Source of the DNA: Patescibacteria group bacterium
Lineage (GTDB): Bacteria > Patescibacteriota > CPR2 > UBA1875
Reading direction: 5' to 3'
Assembly (NCBI GenBank): GCA_041737595.1
Contig: JBGSRK010000005.1
Coordinates: 55,185 to 119,184, forward strand
Length of the DNA: 64,000 nt
Shown: positions 1 through 10,600 of the stretch, in pieces
How positions within the stretch are numbered: the first letter of the stretch is position 1
Layout of the letters: every line of letters begins with the position of its first letter
The notes under the pieces: generated by a model
The model's database searches: none
What the model saw: only the letters and a program-made list of their open reading frames with translations
Told to the model about the DNA's origin: nothing
Translations under genes and position numbers: made by a program

Positions 1-496
1 TGAGTTTATTTGCCAATATTTCAGTTGAATAAGTAATATTCTTTTTAACACAAGTTCCTCCTCGACCAAATATTTCGTCCATATTTAATGAAATTGCATA
101 TTTTTTTTCCTGGTTATCAAAGATAACATTATCAATAGAAAAAACATTTGAACCTACATAAGTACTACCACTGCTTGTCTCATTTTCACTAACAACAAAG
201 GAGCTCGGGTATTTAATAGAAAAATTATATTTAGTGCTTGTATACGTTTTCCAATCTTTCATTTCATCATTCGAAACAGACGAAGATGTCGTTTTATTAA
301 AATTTAGTTTAGTAGAATAGTCTTCGTTATAATTTCTTGATCCTAAATACCAATATATTCCATAACCTATTAACGTTACAACAATTGCAAGAATTGAAAA
401 AGCCGCAATAGTTTCTAAATGAAGATTTTTCTTATTTATATCTTTTTCAACCTCTTTTTTAAATTCATCAACTTGTTTTTTCTCTTTTTCTGTCAT
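1..496 (-). CDS. Partial single-TM exported protein with PsbP-like WKTY..YNFSIKYP motif (3' end outside window)
   Basis: Manual translation from ATG at 496: MTEKEKKQ...hydrophobic helix...DWKTYTSTKYNFSIKYP; preceded by AAGGGG. Confidence 0.7.
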   Translation of the reverse strand, partial: MTEKEKKQVDEFKKEVEKDINKKNLHLETIAAFSILAIVVTLIGYGIYWYLGSRNYNEDYSTKLNFNKTTSSSVSNDEMKDWKTYTSTKYNFSIKYPSSFVVSENETSSGSTYVGSNVFSIDNVIFDNQEKKYAISLNMDEIFGRGGTCVKKNITYSTEILANKL

Positions 497-591
497 AATT
501 ATCCCCTTTTTTGTTTTTTGTATTAACCAACAAATATATTATCACTCTTGTCAATAAATATCAAACCAAAGCGCTTACTTAATAAGTTAAT

Positions 592-617
592 ACTTTACTA
601 ATGTACATTAGTAAAGT
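592..617. repeat. Perfect 26-bp palindrome ACTTTACTAATGTACATTAGTAAAGT
   Basis: Self-complementary; same AAT/GCTT flanks as 35124-35149. Confidence 0.85.
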
Positions 618-627
618 GCTTTTTTAT

Positions 628-670
628 AAAAAGCAATAGACCGGCCTCGCGAAATCGCGAAGACCGGTCT
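628..670 (-). terminator. 3' hairpin/intrinsic terminator of islet 1
   Basis: AGACCGG..TCGCGA-AA-TCGCGA..CCGGTCT followed by a T run on the minus strand. Confidence 0.75.
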
Positions 671-677
671 TTACTTG

Positions 678-968
678 TTATACCTCATACACGCACATCG
701 TTACTTCGCCCAGACAAGCTGGTGCTTCAGCATGATATATCTTGCCTGTAGCGTGCACTTCGATTCGATAATGTAGAGTTACTCCTTCAAGATTACCGGA
801 AAGAAGTGTGAACGACCCCTTAATTGAATCAAGAAGATTGCGCTCATAGAGAGCATCAAGCAACTCTCTTCTAACTCGAATCGTTCCATTTGTTGTCTCT
901 TTACCATCGGCCCGATAGACCTTTGTGAAAAGTGGTTCCCTGTTGGAAACCGCAGCATCTGTCCCCAT
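678..968 (-). CDS. Orphan hypothetical protein (islet 1)
   Basis: 96-aa ORF with AAGGGGG SD, own promoter and terminator. Confidence 0.65.
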   Translation of the reverse strand: MGTDAAVSNREPLFTKVYRADGKETTNGTIRVRRELLDALYERNLLDSIKGSFTLLSGNLEGVTLHYRIEVHATGKIYHAEAPACLGEVTMCVYEV

Positions 969-1046
969 CTCGTTACCCCCTTAAACTGATGGAATGAGTT
1001 TTTTCGACATATGCTGTGGTGCTTGAGGCATTTAACAAGCAAAACA

Positions 1047-1075
1047 ATAATAACTTTAATTTTGAGCCACGTCAA
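1047..1075 (-). promoter_or_regulatory. sigma70-type promoter of islet 1
   Basis: TTGACG-17 nt-TATTAT. Confidence 0.7.
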
Positions 1076-1096
1076 GCCAATATTATATTAACTTAG

Positions 1097-1128
1097 AAAA
1101 ACACCCTAGGTATATTTCAACCTAGGGT
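1097..1128 (-). terminator. Intrinsic terminator of islet 2
   Basis: ACCCTAGG-loop-CCTAGGGT then GTTTTT on minus. Confidence 0.75.
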
Positions 1129-1150
1129 AGTTGCTCAACCAACGAGGCTT

Positions 1151-1480
1151 TCACCGATGTATCCTTGGATCAATTTGGGAAGTGAGTTCAAAATCAAAAT
1201 ACCTTATCTTCCCCTCCCCTTCACAAACAGTCCGGTAGACACAGTTGAACCTTCGCCCCTTGTTTCCAATTTCGAAGACTCCAACCGAAGTCTGAAACGC
1301 CTCAGCCCGGGAACCAAGTCGAATCCCGAACTTAGCCAACGTTCTACGTGCCTCGGCTACTATTTCGGTACACGATTGGCATGGATCTTTCCCGACAAGA
1401 GGGACCGTAATGATGCCATAGTTGGTCCTTCTATAACCAGAAGTGTCGCACTCCATCTTGAGCCTCCTCACGTCGCCCAT
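1151..1480 (-). CDS. Orphan hypothetical protein (islet 2, gene 3; CxxC)
   Basis: 109-aa ORF overlapping the upstream ORF; exact start uncertain. Confidence 0.6.
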   Translation of the reverse strand: MGDVRRLKMECDTSGYRRTNYGIITVPLVGKDPCQSCTEIVAEARRTLAKFGIRLGSRAEAFQTSVGVFEIGNKGRRFNCVYRTVCEGEGKIRYFDFELTSQIDPRIHR

Positions 1481-1755
1481 TGCTTGAGTATGACATTACC
1501 ATCCTTGAGTGAACATGAATACACCGACATAAGGATGCCGGTTCGGGAATGAACCTGAATTCTGACAACTTGTGATAGATATCCACTTCGTGGGACGATG
1601 TTCTTATTGACATCGAATGCACGAAATGACGTATCGCACTCGCTATCAGGAAGGCCATACCCATTGGAACGAATACGACGAAGTTCAGTGAAGACACACT
1701 CGAGCATATCTTCGTCAGGGCAACCTATGAGCTCAATGTTTATAGGCTCATTCAT
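1468..1755 (-). CDS. Orphan hypothetical protein (islet 2, gene 2)
   Basis: Start MNEPINIE at an ATGA overlap with the upstream stop, GAGGTG SD. Confidence 0.6.
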   Translation of the reverse strand: MNEPINIELIGCPDEDMLECVFTELRRIRSNGYGLPDSECDTSFRAFDVNKNIVPRSGYLSQVVRIQVHSRTGILMSVYSCSLKDGNVILKQWAT

Positions 1756-2030
1756 GCTGCCACCTCTTCGATACCCGAGATAGTATACCAAGCTTTCACC
1801 TGGTAAGTACTATCTGTCTTTTCGACACGAGCTTCCACCTTTTGACCATCCGTATTAGTAAAATCAATACGAATGATTTTCTTGATGACGATTTTGACAC
1901 TTACTGTCTTAAAACCGTAAACAAGAAGTAGAAGCTTCTCACAAGCAAGAGTCAGGGTACATATTTCTTTTGCGGTTGGACGTCCAGCTGAGGACTCAAT
2001 CGCAAGATCAAGAATGTTATTCACATCCAT
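1752..2030 (-). CDS. Orphan hypothetical protein (islet 2, gene 1)
   Basis: Start MDVNNIL after AAGGGGGG SD; -10 TATAAT at 2074-2079. Confidence 0.6.
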   Translation of the reverse strand: MDVNNILDLAIESSAGRPTAKEICTLTLACEKLLLLVYGFKTVSVKIVIKKIIRIDFTNTDGQKVEARVEKTDSTYQVKAWYTISGIEEVAA

Positions 2031-2113
2031 TTTGAGCCCCCCTTGGGTTCCTACCGTCTCTGACGTTATCGGCATTATATACCAAAAAAACTAATTTTAA
2101 AAGAATAAAAAAC

Positions 2114-2141
2114 AAAAAAAGCAGCTTTCGCTGCTTTTTTT
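2114..2141 (-). terminator. Terminator after rpsJ
   Basis: A7-GCAGC-TTTC-GCTGC-T7. Confidence 0.8.
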
Positions 2142-2187
2142 GAATAGTTCTAGACCATCCGCCCATTGGCGAATAAAGTCTTCGGTT

Positions 2188-2508
2188 TTACATTTTTATT
2201 TCGATATCAACACCCGCTGGTAGAGAAATATTCATTAGACTATCAATTGTCTTCGCATTTGGTTCAAGAATATCTATAAGTCTTTTATGAACTCTCATTT
2301 CAAACTGTTCTCGGGCATTTTTATCAACATTCGAAGCCCTAAGCACTGTTATTGGAGTTCGATCAGTTGGAAGCGGAATCGGACCAGAAATTTTTGAACC
2401 ACTTCTTTGCGCGGTTTCAATTATTTGTTTAACAGACTGGTCAATGATCTTATGATCATATGCTTTCAGTTTAATTCTGATTCTTTGAGGTTTCTTTTCT
2501 TCTACCAT
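2188..2508 (-). CDS. rpsJ: 30S ribosomal protein S10
   Basis: [33 protein letters not shown]. Confidence 0.98.
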   Translation of the reverse strand: MVEEKKPQRIRIKLKAYDHKIIDQSVKQIIETAQRSGSKISGPIPLPTDRTPITVLRASNVDKNAREQFEMRVHKRLIDILEPNAKTIDSLMNISLPAGVDIEIKM

Positions 2509-2537
2509 TTTTTGTAAGGTTCCTTGCGTTTATCGCT

Positions 2538-3716
2538 TTATTTTGTAATCTTTGTTACTATACCCGCACCAACTGTTCTACCACCTTCTCGGATAGCGAA
2601 CTTAAGACCTTGGTCCATAGCAATTGGTTGCATAAGTTTAACATTGAAAGTGATTTTATCACCTGGCATTACCATTTCGGTACCTGCAGGCAGTTCTACT
2701 TCTCCTGTAACATCTGTTGTTCGAATATAGAATTGAGGTTTGTATCCTTTAAAGAATGGTGTATGTCGTCCACCTTCTTCTTTTGTTAGGATATAAACTT
2801 CTGCTTCAAATTCTGTGTGAGGTGTAATTGAACCTGGTTTTGCAAGAACCATACCACGTTCGATATCATCTTTTTCAATACCACGTAGTAAAAGTCCTGC
2901 GTTATCACCAGCTTGACCTTGGTCAAGTTGTTTTTTGAACATTTCTACACCAGTAACAACAGTTTTTCTTGTTTCTTTTATCCCAACAATTTCTACTTCT
3001 TCATTGATTTTAATAATACCTGATTCAATACGACCCGTAGCAACTGTTCCACGACCTTTAATCGAGAAAACATCTTCTACCGGCATAAGGAAAGGTTTAT
3101 CTAAATCACGAACTGGTTCTGGGATAAAATCATCAAGAGCTTTAACAAGTTCAAGTATAGATTCTTCATATTTAGCATCGCCTTCAAGAGCTTTAAGAGC
3201 TGAACCACGAATAATTGGAGCATTGTCTCCATCAAAATCATATTTTGAAAGCAATTCTCTAATTTCCATTTCAACAAGATCAAGCATTTCTTCATCGGCT
3301 ACCATGTCACATTTATTCATAAAAACAACAATTTTAGCTACACCAACTTGGTTAGCAAGCAAAATGTGTTCACGAGTTTGTGGCATTGGACCATCTGTTG
3401 CAGCTACAACTAATATAGCTCCGTCCATCTGAGCTGCGCCGGTAATCATGTTTTTAACATAATCTGCATGACCCGGACAGTCAACGTGTGCATAATGTCT
3501 TTTATCTGATTCATATTCAACGTGAGCGGTAGAAATAGTTATACCACGTTCACGTTCTTCAGGGGCTTTATCAATATTTTCGAAGGCAGTAAATTCTGCT
3601 TTACCGTCTTTTGAAAGAACTTTAGTAATAGCAGCTGTCAAAGTTGTTTTCCCATGGTCTACGTGACCTATAGTACCGACATTGACATGAGGTTTTGAAC
3701 GATCAAATGTTGCCAT
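2538..3716 (-). CDS. tuf: Elongation factor Tu
   Basis: [28 protein letters not shown]. Confidence 0.99.
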   Translation of the reverse strand: MATFDRSKPHVNVGTIGHVDHGKTTLTAAITKVLSKDGKAEFTAFENIDKAPEERERGITISTAHVEYESDKRHYAHVDCPGHADYVKNMITGAAQMDGAILVVAATDGPMPQTREHILLANQVGVAKIVVFMNKCDMVADEEMLDLVEMEIRELLSKYDFDGDNAPIIRGSALKALEGDAKYEESILELVKALDDFIPEPVRDLDKPFLMPVEDVFSIKGRGTVATGRIESGIIKINEEVEIVGIKETRKTVVTGVEMFKKQLDQGQAGDNAGLLLRGIEKDDIERGMVLAKPGSITPHTEFEAEVYILTKEEGGRHTPFFKGYKPQFYIRTTDVTGEVELPAGTEMVMPGDKITFNVKLMQPIAMDQGLKFAIREGGRTVGAGIVTKITK

Positions 3717-3810
3717 TTGGGGTCCTCCTTTAGATTAACTTTATAGTTTAGACAATAAAACTTATCCACAATAAGTGGAATTGGTAACTAACTTTTTGTG
3801 TTACTTCGCT

Positions 3811-3839
3811 ATTCTATTATAATTTGAGTTGATTTGCAA
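3811..3839 (-). promoter_or_regulatory. Dedicated tuf promoter
   Basis: TTGCAA-17 nt-TAGAAT upstream of the tuf AAGGAGG SD. Confidence 0.6.
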
Positions 3840-3851
3840 GTATTTTTATCT

Positions 3852-3883
3852 AAAATGACAGGACCCCGCCGGTTGGCGGGGTC
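3852..3883 (-). terminator. 3' hairpin of islet 3
   Basis: GACCCCGCC-4 nt-GGCGGGGTC; weak U tract. Confidence 0.7.
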
Positions 3884-3904
3884 AATGGACAAGAAGAGGA
3901 TCAT

Positions 3905-4081
3905 TCAGTCGAGGTGCATGTATGAAAAGGCTGCGTCACGTTCTTCGCGAAAAGTGCGTACCTTCGGCGAAACCAGTGATGCCAACCAAATCGGAAATTC
4001 GATCAGCATACACATAATCGCGCTGAGTACGACGAGAGTGATCAAAACCGAATCGATCACCCATTCTTTGAATCTAAACAT
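3905..4081 (-). CDS. 58-aa small membrane protein (islet 3, gene 2; not in ORF track)
   Basis: GGAGG SD then MFRFKEWVIDSVLITLVVLSAIMCMLIEFPIWLASLVSPKVRTFREERDAAFSYMHLD*. Confidence 0.65.
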   Translation of the reverse strand: MFRFKEWVIDSVLITLVVLSAIMCMLIEFPIWLASLVSPKVRTFREERDAAFSYMHLD

Positions 4082-4091
4082 AGCGGCCTCC

Positions 4092-4412
4092 CTATCCTAG
4101 GCCCATTTCGTTGAGCTCGTCGAGAGTCGAGTTGTAGTCGGGCTCAAAGTTCGGTTTGATGAAACGGCCATGAATTCGAGATTCTTCGAGTTCCCTCACA
4201 AGCATATCATGTGCGGGCTTGTTGTGACATTGAGTACAAACGCTCGGCGACTCAAAGTCACAGTCGATACAGATCGCCGGATCAGGCCTGCCGGAGTTCT
4301 TTGCTCGCAACAGACGGATGACTCCGCCTGCCACAACTACTACAAAAGCGACCAAAAGAACCAAAACGATGGCACCTTCGGTTGTCGAGATAAGACCAAT
4401 GAACCTCCCCAT
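4092..4412 (-). CDS. Single-TM protein with CxxC..CxxC zinc-ribbon-like motif (islet 3, gene 1)
   Basis: AAGGGAGG SD; hydrophobic N-terminus; CIDC and CTQC. Confidence 0.7.
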   Translation of the reverse strand: MGRFIGLISTTEGAIVLVLLVAFVVVVAGGVIRLLRAKNSGRPDPAICIDCDFESPSVCTQCHNKPAHDMLVRELEESRIHGRFIKPNFEPDYNSTLDELNEMGLG

Positions 4413-4463
4413 GTTTCCTCCCTTAGGTTCGCACGGATTTACACCGTGAATATTAATACGATT

Positions 4464-4491
4464 ATTATATAATATTTTTAAAATAATTCAA
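4464..4491 (-). promoter_or_regulatory. Promoter of islet 3
   Basis: TTGAAT-16 nt-TATAAT. Confidence 0.6.
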
Positions 4492-4497
4492 TAACAC

Positions 4498-4524
4498 AAA
4501 AAGAGCCCACATGGGCTCTTTTTT
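4498..4524 (-). terminator. Terminator after fusA
   Basis: AAAAAGAGCCCA-CA-TGGGCTCTTTTTT. Confidence 0.8.
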
Positions 4525-4536
4525 ATAATTATTTTG

Positions 4537-6648
4537 TTATTCAGTTTCTAGATCTACTTCTGTTTCTGATTCTAATTTACTGCCACGTTTTGCTTTAATT
4601 TCTTCGGCAATGTTATTTGGAACTTCTTCATAATGGTCAAATTCCATTGCATAAGAAGCTCTTCCTTGAGTCATAGAACGAAGGGATGTTGCATAACCAA
4701 ACATTTCTGAAAGTGGGACAAAAGCATCTACCACTTTTGCACTAGCCCTATCTTCCATCTTTTGAATTCGGCCACGTTTTGAGTTAAGGTCACCCATAAC
4801 ATCACCCATAAATTCTTCAGGGGTTACAACTTCTACTTTCATAACAGGCTCCATAATTACTGGTTTACCCTTTTTAACACCTTCTTGGAAAGCCATTGAA
4901 CCTGCAATTTTAAAAGCCATTTCTGATGAATCAACTTCGTGATATGAACCTTCAAGAAGTGTAACTTTAATATCTACAACTGGGTATCCAGCGATAACAC
5001 CATTAGCCATAGCATCTTTAACCCCTTGTTCAACTGGTTTTATATATTCTTTTGGTACAGAACCACCAACAATTTTGTTTACGAATTCAAATCCTCCGCC
5101 TTGTTCCATCGGTTCAACTTCAAGCCAAACGTGACCATATTGACCACGACCACCAGTCTGTTTGATATATTTACCTTCAGCTTTATTAGCATTTTTAATT
5201 GTTTCACGGTAAGCAACTTGAGGTTTACCAACATTTGCCTCAACCTTAAATTCTCTTTTCATACGATCAACAATAATTTCAAGATGTAATTCACCCATAC
5301 CACCAATAATTGTTTGGTTTGTATCTTCATCAGTTCTAACCACAAAAGTTGGATCTTCTTCTGCTAAACGAGAAAGTGCAACACCCATTTTTTCTTGGTC
5401 AGCTTTAGTTTTTGGTTCTATTGCAATATGAATAACTGGATCAGGGAAAGTTATTGCCTCAAGTATTACTGGATTTGCAGCATCACAAAGTGTATCTCCA
5501 GTTGTAACTTTTTTCAAGCCAACTGCAGCTGCAATCTCTCCTGAATATACTTGATCAACATCTTCTCTCTGATTTGCATGTAATCTAATAATTCGGCCTA
5601 AACGCTCTTTTTCACCAGTGGTTGAATTATGAACATATGAACCAGCCATAATTGTTCCAGAATATACACGGAAAAATGCGAGTTTACCAACAAATGGATC
5701 AGATGCAATTTTGAAAGCAAGAGCAGTAAATGGTTCTTCGTCAGAAGCATGTCTTTCAACCTCTTCGCCTGTCTTAACATCAATTGCCTTAATTGCAGGA
5801 ACATCAAGTGGGTTTGGTAAAAAATTTACGATAGCATCAAGTAATGTTTCTACTATTACTCCTCGTCCATCACCACCCATAATTGGAAAAAAATCACCGG
5901 CTAGAACAGATTTTCGAATAGCTGTAATAAGTTCTTCTTCGGTCAGTTCTCCCCCGTTAAGATATTTTTCCATTATAACTTCATCAGCTTCTACAGCTTT
6001 TTCTAAAAGCTCGTGTCTATATTTTTCGACTTTTTCTTTCATATCTTCAGGGATTTCAATTTCAGTTAATTCTTTATCTTTATAATCTGTATATTTGTAT
6101 GCTTTTCTAGTAATAATATCGACAACACCATTTATGGCTTGTTCAAAACCTATTGGTAATTGTATAGGATATGCATTTTTTGAAAGTCTTTCTTTTATTG
6201 AATCAAGGGATTTATAAAAATCTCCACCAGTTTGATTTATTTTATTAATAAAACAAATTCGTGGGACATGATATTTATCAGCTTGGCGCCAAACTGTTTC
6301 AGATTGAGGTTCTACACCCATTTTCCCATCAAAAACCACAACTGCACCATCAAGCACTCGAAGTGAACGTTCAACTTCAACTGTAAAGTCCACGTGTCCT
6401 GGAGTATCAATAATATTTATTCTTTTTTGTTTCCAAAAACAAGTTGTTGCTGCAGAAGTAATTGTTATCCCACGTTCTCTTTCCTGTTCCATCCAATCCA
6501 TAGTTGCTTCACCTTCGTGAACTTCACCTATTTTATGAGTTTTACCAGTTCTATAAAGAACACCTTCTGTAACTGTGGTTTTACCGGCATCTATATGTGC
6601 GATAATACCAATATTTCTAGTATCTTTTAAGCTATATTCTCGAGCCAT
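4537..6648 (-). CDS. fusA: Elongation factor G
   Basis: [25 protein letters not shown]. Confidence 0.99.
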   Translation of the reverse strand: MAREYSLKDTRNIGIIAHIDAGKTTVTEGVLYRTGKTHKIGEVHEGEATMDWMEQERERGITITSAATTCFWKQKRINIIDTPGHVDFTVEVERSLRVLDGAVVVFDGKMGVEPQSETVWRQADKYHVPRICFINKINQTGGDFYKSLDSIKERLSKNAYPIQLPIGFEQAINGVVDIITRKAYKYTDYKDKELTEIEIPEDMKEKVEKYRHELLEKAVEADEVIMEKYLNGGELTEEELITAIRKSVLAGDFFPIMGGDGRGVIVETLLDAIVNFLPNPLDVPAIKAIDVKTGEEVERHASDEEPFTALAFKIASDPFVGKLAFFRVYSGTIMAGSYVHNSTTGEKERLGRIIRLHANQREDVDQVYSGEIAAAVGLKKVTTGDTLCDAANPVILEAITFPDPVIHIAIEPKTKADQEKMGVALSRLAEEDPTFVVRTDEDTNQTIIGGMGELHLEIIVDRMKREFKVEANVGKPQVAYRETIKNANKAEGKYIKQTGGRGQYGHVWLEVEPMEQGGGFEFVNKIVGGSVPKEYIKPVEQGVKDAMANGVIAGYPVVDIKVTLLEGSYHEVDSSEMAFKIAGSMAFQEGVKKGKPVIMEPVMKVEVVTPEEFMGDVMGDLNSKRGRIQKMEDRASAKVVDAFVPLSEMFGYATSLRSMTQGRASYAMEFDHYEEVPNNIAEEIKAKRGSKLESETEVDLETE

Positions 6649-6671
6649 ATTTCCCTTATCCCCTCTTTATT

Positions 6672-7148
6672 TTAGTATCTAGCAAAATGGGCAAAGGCTT
6701 TATTTGCTTCGGCCATTTTATGAGTGTCTTCTCTTTTTTTAACTGCATTACCAGTGCCATTTGCTGCATCCATTAATTCCTCTGCTAAACAAACATCAAA
6801 AGGTTTACCTTTTCTGGCCCTTGCAGCTTCTCTTAGCCAAACAATGCCATAATGCATTCTTCTTGTAGGGCTAACTTCGATTGGGATTTGATAATTTGAA
6901 CCACCGATTCTTCTAGATTTAACCTGGACAGTGGGTGAAGCATTTTTAAGAGCTTCTTCAAAAACCTGGATAGGATCTTTTTTTGTTTTTTCAGCAATAA
7001 TATCCATTGCTGAATAAAAAAGTCTTTGGGCTATTGATCTTTTCCCATCTAACATAAATTTACCAATAAATTTTGAAACTACAATATTTTGGAATCTTTC
7101 ATCTGGTTGGATTTTATTTCTTTTTGCTCTTCTTGGATCTCTTGCCAT
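6672..7148 (-). CDS. rpsG: 30S ribosomal protein S7
   Basis: SRRIGGSNYQIP, HKMAEANKAFAH. Confidence 0.98.
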   Translation of the reverse strand: MARDPRRAKRNKIQPDERFQNIVVSKFIGKFMLDGKRSIAQRLFYSAMDIIAEKTKKDPIQVFEEALKNASPTVQVKSRRIGGSNYQIPIEVSPTRRMHYGIVWLREAARARKGKPFDVCLAEELMDAANGTGNAVKKREDTHKMAEANKAFAHFARY

Positions 7149-7150
7149 AT

Positions 7151-7558
7151 TTAACCTTTTTTAGCCCCGTATTTAGAGCGTCCCTTCTTTCTATTAGCAA
7201 CTCCAGCTGTATCTAAAACTCCTCGGACAATATGGTATCTAACACCTGGTAAGTCTTTTACCCTGCCTCCGCGTATCATAACAACACTGTGTTCTTGTAG
7301 ATTATGCCCGATACCAGGGATATAAGCTGTAACTTCCATACCGTTTGAAAGTCTTACCCTTGCGATTTTTCGAAGTGCAGAGTTAGGTTTTTTAGGAGTT
7401 GTTGTTGAAACTTTAACACAAACTCCCCTCTTAAATGGAGAGTTTGTTGGTTTTACTTTATTTTTAAGAGTATTAAGTGTTCTCCCCATTGCTGGTGCTT
7501 TGGTTTTTCGAACTTTTGTTACTCTTCCTTTTCTTACTAGTTGATTTATTGTAGGCAT
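7151..7558 (-). CDS. rpsL: 30S ribosomal protein S12
   Basis: [22 protein letters not shown]. Confidence 0.99.
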   Translation of the reverse strand: MPTINQLVRKGRVTKVRKTKAPAMGRTLNTLKNKVKPTNSPFKRGVCVKVSTTTPKKPNSALRKIARVRLSNGMEVTAYIPGIGHNLQEHSVVMIRGGRVKDLPGVRYHIVRGVLDTAGVANRKKGRSKYGAKKG

Positions 7559-7566
7559 ACGTATTC

Positions 7567-7593
7567 ACCCCAAAAATCGGCAGATTTTTGGGG
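7567..7593. promoter_or_regulatory. Hairpin in rpsL leader overlapping the GGGGTG SD
   Basis: CCCCAAAAATC-GGCA-GATTTTTGGGG. Confidence 0.55.
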
Positions 7594-7666
7594 ACCCCGA
7601 TTTTTCTTTGATTAGTTTATTTGTTTTAATCATATTTATTATTTAACCTGTACGATTCTAGCAGAA

Positions 7667-10600
7667 TTATTCGATTTCTTCAAGAATTTCTTTTTCGGAT
7701 ACTTCGACTGTAGTATCAATATTTGGTTTATTAATTTCTAATAATGGGGCCGGTGTAACAAGGTCAAAGTCATAGCCTGTTCCTACTGGTATAAGCTTAC
7801 CTATAATCACATTTTCTTTAAGCCCATTTAGGTGATCTATTTTACCTTCTGTTGATGCGTTTATAAGCACTCTATTTGTTTCTTGGAAAGATGCAGCTGA
7901 AAGCCATGAATCAGTAGAAAGTGATACTTTAGAAATTGAAAGAAGTAAGTTTTCATATTGAGCTGGTTTTTTCTTTGATTTTATAACTCTTTCATTTTCT
8001 CCCATCAATGATTGGCGTGAAACAATTTCTCCAGTTATGAATTTTGTATCTCCTGGTTCATCTATTCTAGCTCTTGAAAACATTTGTCTTATAATTACTT
8101 CAATATGTTTATCATTAATAGTTTGCCCTTGAATAGCATAAATCTTTTGAGTTTCTAGAGTAATATATCTTTGGATAGCTGCTTCACCAATCAACTCTAG
8201 TGCTTTTTGTAAGTTCCATGAACCTTCTGTAAGTTGTACTCCCCGTTTTATTTCTTCACCATCAGTAACTAAAACACGAATCTGTGAAGGAACTTCATAT
8301 TCACGAATATCAGCTTCTTTTACTAATGTCATTTTATCGCCCCGGAATTTAATAATTCCTGTGGCTTTTGCTCTAATCGGTTTTTTCTTTTCAGAAGTTG
8401 CAATTATATCTTTTATTTCTACTACGGAATTATTTTTAACTGCTGGTTTATAACCTTTGATATCAATTTCTTCTTCATCAACAATAGTAGAAACGACTTT
8501 AATAATTTTTTTCTTTCCCTTTGTCTCAAGTTGAACTCTACCATCTATTTCTGCAAGTTTAGCTTCACCTTTTGGAGATCTGGCTTCAAAAAGCTCTTCA
8601 ACACGAGGTAACCCTTGAGTAATATCTACCCCAGCGACTCCACCCGTGTGAGTTGTTCTCATTGTTAATTGAGTACCAGGTTCACCAATAGATTGAGCGG
8701 CAATAATACCAACTGCTGTTCCCATTCGAACAATGTCATTTTTAGCAAGATCTGCCCCATAACATTTTTGGCAAACACCCCATTTAGTTTTACAAGAAAG
8801 AACTGATCGAATTTTTACTTCTTCTATACCATTCTTTTCAATTTCTTTGTAAACATCCTCTGTAATTAAGGTGCCCTTTTTAACAATTATCTCGCCTGTT
8901 TTCATATTTACTATTTTTTCAGCTGTGTATCTTGATAAAAGTCTTGAGATGAATTCTTCACCAATTTTTTCAGATTCAGATTTAGAAATTATCAAACCAT
9001 CAGTGTCTTTACAATCTTCTTCTGCAACAGTTACATCTTGAGCTACATCAACTAGACGACGAGTTAAATAACCAGAATCTGAAGTACGTAGAGCAGTATC
9101 AGAAAAACCTTTTCTTGTACCATGTGTTGAAATAAAGAACTCCAAAGAACTAAGACCTTCGATATAGTTTGATTTTATAGGAAGTTCAATTACACGACCA
9201 GCTGGGTTATTTACATTTCCTTTCATTCCTGCAAGTTGAGTTATTTGAGAAATATTACCACGAGCTCCACTATCTTTTGCAAGTGTTAAAAATGACTCAG
9301 AATCAAGCGCATCTGCCATTTTAATTTGAATTTGTTCTTTTGCATTTTCCCAAACTTGGACTGAAAGGGTATATTTTTCATCTTCTGTAATAAACCCTTG
9401 TTCAAATTGGCTTCGAATTTCTAATACCTTTTTTTCTGCTTCATCTAATATACCTTGTTTTTCTTTAGGTACACGAACATCATCCATTGAAATAGATAGG
9501 CCAGATTCAGTCGCAAATCTAAATCCAAGATCTTTAATATTATCTAAGAATATAGTAGTTTCTTCTTCCCCATATTGTTCAAAAATTCGAGATACTAATG
9601 CAACTTGTTTTTTGTTATCAAATGGTTCATTAATATATTTCATACCCTTAGGTATAATTTTATTAAAGAATATTCTCCCAACGGTAGTATCTAAAACTTT
9701 TTGATCAATTTTTACTTTAATTTTTGCTTGAGGATGAACATAACCTAGATCATAAAAATTAATGGCCTCATCTGCTGAAGCAAATGATTTACCTTCGCCC
9801 TTTACTCCATCTTTTTCAAGTGTCATCCAATAAACCCCAAGTATCATTTCATGCCTTGGTTTTGCTACAGGTTCTCCTGCAGCTGGTTTTAATAGATTGT
9901 GTTTTGAAAGCATTATTTGTTCTGCTTCTGCTTGAGCCATTCTTGAAAGAGGAACATGAACTGCCATTTGGTCCCCATCAAAATCAGCATTAAAGGCCTC
10001 ACAGGCTAACGGATGGAGTTGGATTGCCTTACCTTCGATTAGTATTGGTAAGAATGCTTGGATACCAAGACGATGGAGCGTCGGGGCACGATTCAAAAGA
10101 ACATATTTGTGTTCAATAACTTTATCAAGCGCATCCCAGACTTCACTTCTTCCACGTTCTATCATTCTTGAAGCTGTTTTAATATTATGTGCAGTACCTT
10201 CACCTACAAGTACAGAGATAATAAATGGTTTAAAAAGTTCAAGCGCCATCATTTTTGGTAATCCACATTGATTCATTTTAAGTTCTGGGCCAGCAACAAT
10301 AACTGAACGACCGGAATAATCTACACGTTTACCAAGCAGATTTTGTCTAAATCGCCCTTGTTTCCCTTTTAACATATCAGCTATAGATTTTAATTTTCTT
10401 TTAGCGCCAGTAGTTGCCATTGCTTTATCACGTCTAGCATTATTATCTAAAAGTGCATCAACTGATTCTTGGAGCATACGTTTTTCGTTACGCATAATTA
10501 CCTCTGGAGCATCCATAGCAACAAGTTTTTTTAATCGATTATTTCTATTTATTACTCTTCGATAAAGATCATTTAGGTCGGCTGTTGCAAAGCGGCCACC

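Noticed and set aside
3762-3770. Perfect DnaA box TTATCCACA upstream of tuf (another inside rbfA)
   Set aside because: Isolated copies with no cluster or dnaA nearby; compatible with chance
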